A stretch of DNA of 64,000 nucleotides from an uncultured Verrucomicrobiota bacterium (GCA_903953565.1 CAJBKE010000059.1:15923-79922), one strand, 5' to 3'. Positions 18,733 to 28,545 are shown, counted from the first letter of the stretch. The notes: a model not told the origin generated them from the sequence alone. Program-made: numbers and translations.

Positions 18733-19833
18733 ATGCTCCATACCACCAACGCCACCTCCGACGGACACATCAAACTCTTCATCCCCGGCCCCGTCGAAGT
18801 CTCCGACAAAACATTCCGTGCTTTCTGCCACCCGCAGATCGGCCACCGCGGCAGCGAGTTTTCCTCGCTGTATGAATCGATGCATCCGCGCCTGCAGACC
18901 CTCTTCGGCACTACGGGTCCGGTTTACCTTTCCACCTCCTCGGCTTGGGGTGTGATGGAAGGCGCCATCCGCAATCTGGTGCACAAAAAGGTGCTCAACT
19001 GCATGTGCGGCGCATTTTCCGACAAGTGGCTCGATGTGAGCAAACGTTGCGGCAAGCAAGCCGAAGGCCTGCAGGTCGAGTGGGGAGATCCCATCCTCCC
19101 CGAAATGGTGGACGAGAAACTTTCGCAAGGCGGTTTCGACGCCATCACCCTCATCCACAACGAAACATCCGCCGGAGTGCTCAACCCGCTGGCCGACATC
19201 GCCGCTGTGGTCAGAAAATACCCCGAAGTCATGTTCATCGTGGACAGCGTGTCGTCGTTCTCCACCGTTCCCATCCCGATGGACGAACTCGGCATAGACG
19301 TCCTCCTCACCGGCAGCCAGAAAGCTCTGGCCCTTCCGCCGGGATTGGCGCTTTTCAGTGCGAGCGAACGCGCCCGCGCCCGCGCCGCCACCATGCCCGA
19401 TCGCGGATACTACTTCGACTTCATCGAATTCCATAAAAACTGGGAGAAGTTCATGACCCCGAGCACGCCGACCACGGGTCACATCTACGCCCTGCATTCC
19501 AAGCTCGAAGACATTTTCGAGGAAGGCGTGGAAAACCGCCACGCGCGTCACGCCAAGCTGAACAAAATGATCTCCGACTGGGTCGAGGCCAACGGCTTCG
19601 AACATTTCGCCCGCGAAGGCTACCGCTCGAAGTCGCTGGTCTGCGTGAAAAACAACAAGAACATCGACGTGGCCGCCTATTGCTCAGCGCTGAAGAAAAA
19701 ACACAAAGTGGCGATCAACGGCGGCTACGGCAAAATCAAAGGCACCACCTTCCGCGTCTCCAATATGGGCGACGAAAGCGAAGCGACCATCGGCGAATTG
19801 CTTGGCTGGATGACGGAATGTCTGCCGGCGTGA
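18733..19833 (+). CDS. class V aminotransferase (alanine-glyoxylate / serine-pyruvate aminotransferase family)
   Basis: FIPGPVEVS N-terminus and PLP-lysine context LLTGSQKALALPPGLA. Confidence 0.85.
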   Translation: MLHTTNATSDGHIKLFIPGPVEVSDKTFRAFCHPQIGHRGSEFSSLYESMHPRLQTLFGTTGPVYLSTSSAWGVMEGAIRNLVHKKVLNCMCGAFSDKWLDVSKRCGKQAEGLQVEWGDPILPEMVDEKLSQGGFDAITLIHNETSAGVLNPLADIAAVVRKYPEVMFIVDSVSSFSTVPIPMDELGIDVLLTGSQKALALPPGLALFSASERARARAATMPDRGYYFDFIEFHKNWEKFMTPSTPTTGHIYALHSKLEDIFEEGVENRHARHAKLNKMISDWVEANGFEHFAREGYRSKSLVCVKNNKNIDVAAYCSALKKKHKVAINGGYGKIKGTTFRVSNMGDESEATIGELLGWMTECLPA

Positions 19834-19872
19834 ACAAAGCAAAGGCTGAGGTCTGAATTAGATACCTTCTTT

Positions 19873-19939
19873 GGTGGATCGCGCCGTCCCCGGCGCGATA
19901 AGCCTCCTCATCAATCGCGGTGGGACGTTGCGATCCACC
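19873..19939. repeat. nested-palindrome intergenic element, copy A (GGTGGATCGCGC...GCGATCCACC family)
   Basis: GGTGGATCGCGCCGTCCCCGGCGCGAT, a 14-nt spacer, then ATCGCGGTGGGACGTTGCGATCCACC. The arms are reverse complements and each arm holds its own small hairpin. It lies in a convergent gene gap. Confidence 0.85.
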
Positions 19940-19982
19940 TCATCACTCGGGTTTCAAGTTTCCCGCCCTCGGCCCTCTCCCC

Positions 19983-21833
19983 TCACTCTCCCGCTGCCGC
20001 CGCTTTCGTCGGATCGACAAAGAAGTCGCTCGAGCCGTCTGTCATAGTAAAGGCATAAACCAACCGGTATTCCGGATCGGTCAAGTGGTCCGGCCGCATG
20101 GTGCGGGCCAGCCCTACGGCCTCGTTTTTCGAACCTGTGGCCGCAAGCACCGCAACGGCGATGGCTTTCTGTCCCGGCTGCAACTGGTGCTGCACGAGAC
20201 GGTGCGGTTCGAGCACCGTGCGCGCCTCGGCCGGACGCCCGTCCGCGAAGAGGGCAAGCGCGTGAGTCAGGCGAAAGTCGATATTGTCGGGCTCACTGGC
20301 CAGAGCGGCCGCCGTTTCCTCCGTGTCCACACCCTCGCGATTGAGCAAGCGCTCCAGCCGGGCCAGATCGGCCACGGTGGACGCGTTTGGCGCCGCCTCG
20401 ATGGCTCGGCGGTAGGCCTCCTGACGCAACCGAGGCTCGCCGCGAGAAGAGAACCGCCAACGCGCCACGCGCAGAGCATATTCGGCCGTGGCATAGTCGC
20501 GGCAAAGATCGAGCAAGACCTCGTCGGCCACACTTTCTTTGCCCATGCGGTCCACCTCCGCCATTGTTTCGGACAAGGCCCCCCGGCCTACCGAAGCACG
20601 GACGGCCTTGCGCAGGCAGGCATCGGCCGCCGAGGGGCGCCCCAACCCCTCCTCGGCCCGTGCTCGCAGGAGATTGGTTACCGACTCGCTGAGCGGCGAA
20701 CCGCTGTTGACCATGGTCAGCAATGTCTTCCAGTCCTGCGTCGCACTGAGCGCCTCGGCACGCACCAAGTAACCGCCCCGCGATCCGCGCACTTCGCTCG
20801 GACGGACAAAATCCAACGCGTCCTTCGGGCGGTTGCGATCGAGAAGCCATTTGGCATAGCGCCCGCGATCTTCCAGCCGTGCGCCGGTAAAAACCATCTG
20901 CAGCGCCGCGACCATCTGGTCGACCGTCATCAACCGGTCGTTGACCAGCACATCCGCGGCCATGAGGACCGCCGGATCATCGGGCTTGGGATCGGCCATG
21001 ATTCGTTCGGCCCAGCCGCGACGCGTGGCCGGCCCGACCGGAACCGAGGACAACCCGAAGGCCAGAGCCTTCGAAGCATCAGGCCCCGCGGCCATGGACT
21101 CGACGATCTGCGCCGCTTCGGCCCGGGAATCGGCCGTGGCGATCGTGACGAGAATCTGCGCCAACTCGATCCGCCGGTCGGCCGTGGGATCAGACTCCGC
21201 CGCTTGGCGCAAATACCGCTCGGCCGAGGTGAAATCTTTTTGCTGAAGGGCACGCCGGCCGCGCCACGTGTCGGCATCGGCCTGCCGCCCGGTCGCTTCG
21301 AACTCCGAGATGGCCATGTCAAAAGATTCCTCGCCGCCGAAGCGCACAGCAGCCTCGGCCTGCGCCTGCCTGTCTTCGAGACGCAGCGGCCCCTGCTCCG
21401 CGAGTTGCTGCCAGATTTCCAAACAGACCGGATCATTGGCCGCAAACCGCACCTTGGCGTAGGCGCGCAAGACATCCGGATGGTTCTTGCGCAGGCTGCG
21501 GGCCGAAGCGGATTGGATCAGCGCCAAACGCGTGTCTCCGCGCTCCAGACTCGCGAGCGCCTTGGCCGCCAAGTCCTGCGCACGCCAGCCGGTGAAAAGG
21601 ACCGTGCCGATTCCGCCGCCGACCAGGACAACGACAACCACAGCGGGCGACCAGAGCATGATCTTGCGCAGGATCGCGCGTCCGGGGCTGAGATCGTGGT
21701 GCCACTCCGAGGTCTGCCCCGTGGCCTCGCGCCACCAGTCGCCGATGACGTTATAAAACCGGGGCGTCTCGTCGAAGCGATCCGGCGTCTGCGGTTTGTC
21801 GATGATCTCCGGTTTGTGCTCTGGCTCGGGCAT
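19983..21833 (-). CDS. membrane-anchored TPR-like hypothetical protein
   Basis: Start chosen at MPEPEHKPEIID (ATG 21833). One TM helix (MLWSPAVVVVVLVGGGIGTVLF) is followed by Ala/Leu/Arg-rich helical repeats. Confidence 0.7.
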   Translation of the reverse strand: MPEPEHKPEIIDKPQTPDRFDETPRFYNVIGDWWREATGQTSEWHHDLSPGRAILRKIMLWSPAVVVVVLVGGGIGTVLFTGWRAQDLAAKALASLERGDTRLALIQSASARSLRKNHPDVLRAYAKVRFAANDPVCLEIWQQLAEQGPLRLEDRQAQAEAAVRFGGEESFDMAISEFEATGRQADADTWRGRRALQQKDFTSAERYLRQAAESDPTADRRIELAQILVTIATADSRAEAAQIVESMAAGPDASKALAFGLSSVPVGPATRRGWAERIMADPKPDDPAVLMAADVLVNDRLMTVDQMVAALQMVFTGARLEDRGRYAKWLLDRNRPKDALDFVRPSEVRGSRGGYLVRAEALSATQDWKTLLTMVNSGSPLSESVTNLLRARAEEGLGRPSAADACLRKAVRASVGRGALSETMAEVDRMGKESVADEVLLDLCRDYATAEYALRVARWRFSSRGEPRLRQEAYRRAIEAAPNASTVADLARLERLLNREGVDTEETAAALASEPDNIDFRLTHALALFADGRPAEARTVLEPHRLVQHQLQPGQKAIAVAVLAATGSKNEAVGLARTMRPDHLTDPEYRLVYAFTMTDGSSDFFVDPTKAAAAGE

Positions 21834-22006
21834 GGGAATCTCGAAGCAAGAAGCTAGCGTGAGGGGCGAGTTTACGCCAGTGATGCTGCAACATTTGTCA
21901 GACCTACGGCTCCGGCAAGCCCATCCTGACAACCCCACACCTCATGAACAACCTTCGCAAATCTCACACCTAGCCGATGGCCCTCGCTACGCCTGGGTTA
22001 CCGGCA

Positions 22007-22912
22007 TCAAAACAACTCGCCCTGCAAGCCACCGGACTTGGCCAGCTTTTCGTATTCGCCCAGCAAGCTGCGGAACTCGCATTTCTTGGCCAGAGCAACC
22101 ACCGCAGCGGGATCGGGATTCACCTTCAACTCCCGCAGCGCAAGCGGCAAAGGCAGATCGGTTTCCAACCGAACCAACTCGAGATTGTCGCGCAGACGTG
22201 CGGCCGCCCCAGCGACCTTCTCCCGAAGTTTTTCATTTTTTATTGCGTCCGGGTGTTCCGCGAGGAGCGACGTGGACCCGTGCTCGCGCACGAGCTTGGC
22301 TGCCGTTTTTGGTCCGACTCCGTCCACCCCCGGAATGTTATCGACCGCGTCGCCGGTCAACGCGAGGACATCGGGAATCTTGGCGGGAGGAACACCCCAT
22401 TTTTCTTCGACCTCGACCGGACCGAGCAACGCGAATGAATCCTTGGGATCTTTAAGATCGGTTTTGTTCGTGGAGTAAACGGCAACCCCCTCGCCCACCA
22501 ACGCATAAATGTCTTTGTCATTGGTGGCGATGATCACATCCACGCCCTCTTTGCGCGCGGCCGCAGCATACGAGGCAATAAGGTCATCCGCCTCATGGCC
22601 GGCGAGGCTTGCATTGCGGACACCGAGCGCGGCCACAGCCTCTTCGATGATCGGGAACTGCACTTCAAGATCACCGGGAGTCTCTTCGCGCTGCTGCTTG
22701 TAGGTGGGCAGAAGCTGCATGCGCCGCTCGGGCAGGCCGGCATCCCAGATCACGACGGCCACGTCGGGCTGCAGGTCGGAAATCATTTTGCGGAGCGCCT
22801 TGACGAAGCCGAACACCGCGTTGGTCGGTTCACCGCGCGAATTGGTCAGGTCGCGGATGGCGAAAAACGAGCGGTAAGCGTAGTAATGTCCGTCGACGAG
22901 CAGCAAGCGCAT
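22007..22912 (-). CDS. stand-alone 5'-3' exonuclease / flap endonuclease (Pol I N-terminal-domain-like)
   Basis: MRLLLVDGHYYAYRSFFA, acidic clusters VIWDAG and ATNDKD, and H3TH motif GDAVDNIPGVDGVGPKTAAKL. At 301 aa it has no polymerase domain. Confidence 0.9.
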   Translation of the reverse strand: MRLLLVDGHYYAYRSFFAIRDLTNSRGEPTNAVFGFVKALRKMISDLQPDVAVVIWDAGLPERRMQLLPTYKQQREETPGDLEVQFPIIEEAVAALGVRNASLAGHEADDLIASYAAAARKEGVDVIIATNDKDIYALVGEGVAVYSTNKTDLKDPKDSFALLGPVEVEEKWGVPPAKIPDVLALTGDAVDNIPGVDGVGPKTAAKLVREHGSTSLLAEHPDAIKNEKLREKVAGAAARLRDNLELVRLETDLPLPLALRELKVNPDPAAVVALAKKCEFRSLLGEYEKLAKSGGLQGELF

Positions 22913-22921
22913 GGCCGCAGA

Positions 22922-23255
22922 TTAACCTGCACCGGACGATCCGAACAGATCGAGTTGCACATGGTCCTCGAGAAGCCGCGCTGATCCGGGTGTTTCCCAG
23001 CTATCGTGCCGGAATTCCACGGCCAGCGGCATGTCATCCGGCCAGGCACGCAAAAACTTCCGGAGCATTTTCTCCTCGTGCGAACGCGCGTGAAAGGAAG
23101 GCGGCAACTGCAGGAGGGCGCAACCGAGGCGCGGGCCCAGCTCGTCGGACAGCCGCCGCATCATGGCAATCTCCGCCCCCGGATCCTCGAGGCGCTTCTC
23201 GTGACTGAGCGACTTCGGAAGCTTGGGACAAAAGCGGAACGCCTCGGAGGTCAGG
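22922..23255 (-). pseudogene. DUF72 (YecE-like) internal fragment, lacking both the N- and C-terminal thirds
   Basis: EAFRFCPKLPKSLSHEK...CALLQLPPSFH...LAVEFRHDSWE aligns, from memory, to roughly the middle third of E. coli YecE. It is squeezed between the stop of the upstream gene and the start of the exonuclease gene. Confidence 0.55.
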
Positions 23256-24314
23256 TCAGGCCTCCAATTGCGGCGAGGTCTTCTTGCGGCGCCACGGCAC
23301 GCGAACGCGGGGTATGTTGCGGCCTTCGATGAAATAGGTGATGGCGGCACGGCCCAAAGCGTAGGTTCCCGCCCCCGCTACGCCACCGGAGATGACATGG
23401 CCCCACACCGGCAAAATTTTCACCGCGGCCCGCGCTGTTTCGCGGAAGACAAGCCCGGCCCCGAACCCGATGCCGAGCGAGGCGCCAAACTCACCGGCCA
23501 TGCGCAGAGAAAAATCGCGCCCGCTCACATAAATGATGAGGGACACCATGAACATCTGCAGGGCGAGCAAGACGGGAAAATCGGCCAGCGGGATGGGTTG
23601 CACGCCGATGGCGCCGGCCATCGCGCCGAAAGATTTGAGCACTGTCCCGGCCAGACGGGCCTGTGCACCACGAGCACCGAGGAAGCGAGCCATTTCCAAC
23701 TGCGCATCTTCGGGCAAGAAATCGCAGACGCGGTCGCCAAGCGCGGACCGCTCATCTGCGGAAATTCCCTTTTCACTCTCGGGCCGCGGCAAATGCGCGG
23801 AGAAAACAACGGACGCGGAAGCTCCTGCCTCAGCGAGCGCCGCGGAGACCACCGCGAGAGCTTCACGACTGCCCAGAGCGACCACGGCGAGTCCGGGCGG
23901 ACTGCCGCCTTCCCTGGCGGGAGCGGCGGAGAGAAGCTGCGCTGCGCGGCGAGCCTCGGCCGCCAACCCGGGCGACGCCGAACCAAGAAAGACATAAAGA
24001 TCGGCGGCCTGACCCGACAGCGTGCCGGTATCCCGGAGATCCGCCACTTCGATGATTCCTGTGCCGCGCACCGGAGTCCATGGACCGCGGGTCAGCGGCG
24101 CGTGCACCACGGTGCGTCCGGCCAAAGCATTGAGAAAGGCGGGCAGTTCCAGCGCCGGATCACCCAGCACGGCAAGACGCGGGGGGCGCTGGCGAAGGAA
24201 GATTTCCTTGATCGGATCAAGTTCGCGCAAAATCGGTTCCTGCAACGAGCCGGGTAACTTCCCCAGCAAGGTGGAAAGTTTCTCGTAAGCAGCGAGCAAG
24301 GCAGGACGACTCAT
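23256..24314 (-). CDS. DUF697-type membrane protein with a degenerate GTPase-like N-domain
   Basis: C-terminus QPIPLADFPVLLALQMFMVSLIIYVSG...GAGTYALGRAAITYF is DUF697/YcjF-like. The N-terminal LAVLGDPALELPAFLNALAG sits where a P-loop (GxxxxGKS) is expected but lacks it. Confidence 0.6.
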   Translation of the reverse strand: MSRPALLAAYEKLSTLLGKLPGSLQEPILRELDPIKEIFLRQRPPRLAVLGDPALELPAFLNALAGRTVVHAPLTRGPWTPVRGTGIIEVADLRDTGTLSGQAADLYVFLGSASPGLAAEARRAAQLLSAAPAREGGSPPGLAVVALGSREALAVVSAALAEAGASASVVFSAHLPRPESEKGISADERSALGDRVCDFLPEDAQLEMARFLGARGAQARLAGTVLKSFGAMAGAIGVQPIPLADFPVLLALQMFMVSLIIYVSGRDFSLRMAGEFGASLGIGFGAGLVFRETARAAVKILPVWGHVISGGVAGAGTYALGRAAITYFIEGRNIPRVRVPWRRKKTSPQLEA

Positions 24315-24326
24315 GCAGCAACCGAC

Positions 24327-27300
24327 TCAGTTGACCAGCAGGCCGTTCAAAGCTGCCCGCAACTTTTCTTCACTCCCGACCTTGAACTGGTCGGCCGCGC
24401 GCACCCGCCGGGTGCGACCATCGCGGGCCACGAACTCGAGCACCAAGGGACGCCGACCGGGAAAATCGAGCACCGCGGAACGCAAATCTTCCATCTCGCG
24501 CCGTCCGGACCGGCCGGCGGGGAGGCGTAGCACGACGGGCTTCTCATGCCCCTCGCCCGGCGGGACGGACTTCAACTCCGAAGCGGTGACCGCGGGTTTG
24601 TCGTCGCGTTTGTCGAGGCGCCCGGTGATTTGCAGGACCTTGCCGGGAACGAGCTGCGATAGATATTTCTCGAAGGCTTCGCTCCATACACGCACCTCCA
24701 CCTTGCCGCTGAAATCCTCGAGCGTGAGAAAGGCGCAGGGCTTGCCGGTCGACTTCGTGTATTTCTTTTCCACCGCGTCGACCAGACCCGCGACCGTCAC
24801 CGTCGCCCGGTCATCCATTTCTTCCAAGTCGGAGACCTTGGTGAACTTCGGATTGTCGAGCGAGCTGCGGTAGGGATCGAGCGGGTGCGCCGTGACGTAG
24901 AATCCGAGCAACTCCTTCTCGAACGAGAGCAACTCCGCCTCGGCAAATGGCCGGGCGCGGTGCCGTCCGCCGGCGCGCGCGGTTTGCGGCAGGCTTTCCG
25001 CCCCGAAGAGGCTTTGTTGCCCGGCGGTGCGATCGCGGTGCGCCGAGGCGCTTGCCGCGAGCACGGGCTCGAGGTCCTCGACCATCTGGGCACGTTCCTC
25101 GCCGGTGAAGTCGAAGGCTCCGCATTTGACCAGACATTCCATCGACTTGCGGTTGACGGCGCGCGGATCCATCCGGGCAGCGAAATCCTCGAGCGAGCCG
25201 AAGGGGCCACGGGCTTCCCGCTCGGTGATGGCTTCACCCATGGATGCTTCGCCCACATTTTTGATGCCGCTTAGACCGAAGCGGACAGCCATGTGACCGT
25301 CGTGCTCCTCGGGCGCGAACTTCAGCATGCTCTTGTTGAGATCGGGCGGGAGGATGGTCAGGCCCATGCGCTTGGCCTCGTCGACGTAGAAGGAAATTTT
25401 GTCGGTGTCGTCGACCTCATTGCTCAGCACGGCGCACATGAATTCGACCGGATAGTGCGCTTTGAGCCAGCACATGCGGTAGCTGATGAGGGAATAGGCC
25501 GCACTGTGGCTCTTGTTGAATCCGTAGTCGGCAAACTTTTCCAGCAGGTCGAAAATGGCCTCGGCCTTTTTTTCCGGGATGTCGTTGTGCTCCCGGCAAC
25601 CGGCAATGAAGTTGACCCGTTCCTTGGCCATCTTCTCCTTGTCCTTCTTGCCCATGGCGCGACGCAGGAGGTCGGCTTGTCCAAGGCTGTAGCCGGCGAG
25701 CAGGTTGGCCGCCTGTTGGACCTGCTCCTGGTAAATGAGGATGCCATAGGTTTCTTTGGCCACCTTTTCGAGGAGAGGATGATCGTAGTTGATCTTCATC
25801 TGGCCCTTCTTGCGCTTGATGTAGTCGGGAATCAGCGCCATCGGGCCCGGACGGTAGAGCGCGCAGAGCGCGTTCATGTCGTCGAGGCTGTTGAAACCGA
25901 AGTTCCGGCAATAGCGGGACATGCCACCTTCAAATTGGAAAATGCCGACCGTCTCGCCGCGATTGAGCACATCGAAGGCCGCTTGGTCATCGACCGGAAC
26001 CTTCTCGATGTCGAAGTCAGGCGTCTTGCGCCTGATCAACTCCTCGGCGTCGCGGATGACGGTGAGCGTCTTGAGCCCGAGGAAATCCATCTTGAGCATC
26101 CCGAGGTCGGTCAGGGGCTCCATCGAATACTGCGTGATGACCTCGTTTTCCTTCCCGCGCGCCAAAGGCAGGATCTCCGAGAGATCGCGGTCGCCGATGA
26201 CCACTCCGGCGGCATGGATGCCCGCATTGCGCGAGAGCCCCTCGAGCACGGTCGAATAGCTCCACAGTTGTTGTGTGCCGGGCTCGGACTCGATGGCCTG
26301 CTTGAGTTCCGGGTTTTTCTCCCGCGCCGAACCGAGCGTGATGTTCAGTTCATTCGGAATCATCTTGGCGATGCGGTCGCCCTCGCCGTAGCTCATGCCA
26401 AGCACGCGGGCCACGTCGCGCACCACGCTCTTGGCGCCGAGTTGGTTGAAAGTGACAATCTGGGAGACGCAGCGCTCCCCGTATTTCTGCCGCACGTATT
26501 CGATCACCTCGCCGCGGCGCGCCTGGCAGAAATCAACGTCGATGTCGGGCGGGCTGACGCGTTCCGGATTGAGAAAACGCTCGAAGATGAGTCCGTAACG
26601 GACCGGATCGAGGTCCGTGATGCCGAGGACATACGCGACCATGCTTCCGGCCGCTGAACCGCGGCCCGGGCCAACCGGAATGCCGCGCTGCTTGGCGAAA
26701 TGAATAAAGTCCCAGACAATGAGAAAATAGCTGGTGAATCCGAGTTTCTCGAGGACGCCCAGTTCGTAATTGAGGCGCTCGTGCAATTCGGGCGTGCCCT
26801 GACCGTAGCGGCGGTGGAATCCCTCCTCGCACAATTCGCGGAGGTATCCTTCGCGGCCCTTGCCCTCGGGCGGGTGGAAAACCGGGAAGCGCGACTTGCC
26901 GAAATCCATGGTCACATTGCACCGCTCGGCGATGCGCACGGTGTTGGCCAGCGCCTCGGGATGGTCGGCGAAGATCTCCGCCATTTCCTGCGGCGTCTTG
27001 AGGTAAAGCTCCGGCAGGTAACGCAGCCGCCGCTCGTCGGTCACGTTCGCTCCCGTGCCAATGCAAACCATCACGTCGTGCGCCTCGTGGTGGGTGCGCT
27101 CGAGGAAGTGGACGTCGTTGGCTGCAACCAGACCGAGCCCGAGATCCTGGCTCCAGCGTACAAGGTGAGGATTCACCTCCCGCTGCGCATCCATCCCGTG
27201 GTCGTGGATCTCGAGGAAGAAATTATCCTTCCCGAAAATGTCGCGGTATTGCCCGGTCAATTCGCGCCCGCGCTTCGGATTGGCGTCGAGGATCGCGCTA

Positions 27301-27740
27301 CTGATCTCGCCTTTGAGGCAGCCGCTCAGTCCAATCAGGCCCTGCGCGTGACGCGCCAAAAGCTCTTTGTCCACGCGCGGCTTGTAATAAAATCCCTCGA
27401 GGTGCGCGGCACTGACCAGCTTGATGAGATTCGACCAGCCTTCGTTGGTCTCGGCGATGACGGTCAGGTGGTAAGCAGCATCCTTGCCGGAAGACGCCTT
27501 TTTCTCGTGCATCGATCCCGGCGCCACATAGAGCTCGCAGCCGAGCAACGGTTTGACGCCCGCCTTTTGCGCCTCTTTGTAAAACTCGACTGCGCCATAG
27601 AGCACACCGTGGTCAGTCATGCCCACGGCTTTCATGCCGGAGGCCGAAACCTTGCGCATCAGGTCCGCGATCCGCACTGCGCCATCGAGCATGGAATACT
27701 CGGTGTGCACATGGAGGTGGGCGAACTCGGGAACGGCCAT
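24327..27740 (-). CDS. dnaE: DNA polymerase III alpha subunit
   Basis: 1137 aa. PHP domain FAHLHVHTEYSMLDG, then the polymerase core and a C-terminal OB region. Confidence 0.97.
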   Translation of the reverse strand: MAVPEFAHLHVHTEYSMLDGAVRIADLMRKVSASGMKAVGMTDHGVLYGAVEFYKEAQKAGVKPLLGCELYVAPGSMHEKKASSGKDAAYHLTVIAETNEGWSNLIKLVSAAHLEGFYYKPRVDKELLARHAQGLIGLSGCLKGEISSAILDANPKRGRELTGQYRDIFGKDNFFLEIHDHGMDAQREVNPHLVRWSQDLGLGLVAANDVHFLERTHHEAHDVMVCIGTGANVTDERRLRYLPELYLKTPQEMAEIFADHPEALANTVRIAERCNVTMDFGKSRFPVFHPPEGKGREGYLRELCEEGFHRRYGQGTPELHERLNYELGVLEKLGFTSYFLIVWDFIHFAKQRGIPVGPGRGSAAGSMVAYVLGITDLDPVRYGLIFERFLNPERVSPPDIDVDFCQARRGEVIEYVRQKYGERCVSQIVTFNQLGAKSVVRDVARVLGMSYGEGDRIAKMIPNELNITLGSAREKNPELKQAIESEPGTQQLWSYSTVLEGLSRNAGIHAAGVVIGDRDLSEILPLARGKENEVITQYSMEPLTDLGMLKMDFLGLKTLTVIRDAEELIRRKTPDFDIEKVPVDDQAAFDVLNRGETVGIFQFEGGMSRYCRNFGFNSLDDMNALCALYRPGPMALIPDYIKRKKGQMKINYDHPLLEKVAKETYGILIYQEQVQQAANLLAGYSLGQADLLRRAMGKKDKEKMAKERVNFIAGCREHNDIPEKKAEAIFDLLEKFADYGFNKSHSAAYSLISYRMCWLKAHYPVEFMCAVLSNEVDDTDKISFYVDEAKRMGLTILPPDLNKSMLKFAPEEHDGHMAVRFGLSGIKNVGEASMGEAITEREARGPFGSLEDFAARMDPRAVNRKSMECLVKCGAFDFTGEERAQMVEDLEPVLAASASAHRDRTAGQQSLFGAESLPQTARAGGRHRARPFAEAELLSFEKELLGFYVTAHPLDPYRSSLDNPKFTKVSDLEEMDDRATVTVAGLVDAVEKKYTKSTGKPCAFLTLEDFSGKVEVRVWSEAFEKYLSQLVPGKVLQITGRLDKRDDKPAVTASELKSVPPGEGHEKPVVLRLPAGRSGRREMEDLRSAVLDFPGRRPLVLEFVARDGRTRRVRAADQFKVGSEEKLRAALNGLLVN

Positions 27741-27835
27741 AGCCCAAGATTAGATGACCGGGCAAGAGTGGCAAGCAGTCGACCGGAGAGTTTTCCGGAT
27801 GGCCAAAACGGCCCGTGCCGCTAGTCTGCGCGCAC

Positions 27836-28450
27836 ATGCCCGCCGAAGAAAATATCCTTGTCGTCCCCCGCCCGGTTTTCGACCGCCTGGGAGCTTTTGA
27901 AGGCCTACGCCTCGAGCCCGAGCGCTACATGGCGGCTTTTCTCGATCCGGCCAACAATCTCTTTCTCCCCCGCTCCGCGGCCGAGCAGGATCCGACCCAC
28001 AAGCAACTCATCCCCTACTCGGTCATCCGCCACGGAGACCGCGTTCTCTGCTACACGCGGGGAAAATCAGGCGGAGAAGCGCGACTGCACGCCAAGATGT
28101 CCATCGGCATCGGCGGACACATCAACGACGGGGACACGCACGCCGCTCATTTTGACGAAGCGGCCTACTTCCGCGCCGTGGAACGCGAGTTGCACGAGGA
28201 ATTGGAAATCACGGGAGGTTACCGCCAGCGCATCGCCGCGCTGCTCAATGACGACAGCAATGAAGTCGGACGCGTCCATCTCGGGGTCGTGCATCTGATC
28301 GAAGTCGACTCCCCCGAGATCCGGCCCCGCGAAGATGCCATTCGCGACATTGAGTTCCTGACCGCATCCGAGCTGGCCCCGCGGCGCGAGCGGCTGGAGT
28401 CGTGGTCGCAGATTTGCCTCGGCGGACTCGAGCAATTGCTGGGGTCTTAA
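27836..28450 (+). CDS. NUDIX-type phosphoesterase (COG4112-like)
   Basis: Nudix-box-like AVERELHEELEITGG preceded by GGHINDGD. Start ATG 27836 (GTG 27815 is also possible). Confidence 0.55.
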   Translation: MPAEENILVVPRPVFDRLGAFEGLRLEPERYMAAFLDPANNLFLPRSAAEQDPTHKQLIPYSVIRHGDRVLCYTRGKSGGEARLHAKMSIGIGGHINDGDTHAAHFDEAAYFRAVERELHEELEITGGYRQRIAALLNDDSNEVGRVHLGVVHLIEVDSPEIRPREDAIRDIEFLTASELAPRRERLESWSQICLGGLEQLLGS

Positions 28451-28476
28451 CCGGAGCTACGCAGTCGAAGGCAAAA

Positions 28477-28545
28477 GTAGAAGCGCCGACCCCGCTGCTT
28501 GTCGTGTGGGGTTAAGCGGCGAGACGCCGCTTCTACACTTTCAAA
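28477..28545. repeat. GC-rich hairpin repeat (GCGGCG...CGCCGC family), diverged copy
   Basis: GTAGAAGCG (28477-28485) pairs with CGCTTCTAC (28528-28536). The inner AAGCGGCGAGACGCCGC resembles the motif at 46521-46553. Confidence 0.55.

Noticed and set aside
19920-21857. 645-aa plus-strand ORF
   Set aside because: It starts inside palindromic repeat copy A and runs antisense to the TPR/membrane protein gene. It is Arg-rich and low-complexity, so it is a shadow ORF.
25293-27824. Two long plus-strand ORFs (25293-26657 and 26700-27824)
   Set aside because: Both are antisense to dnaE, whose identity is unambiguous. They are shadow ORFs.
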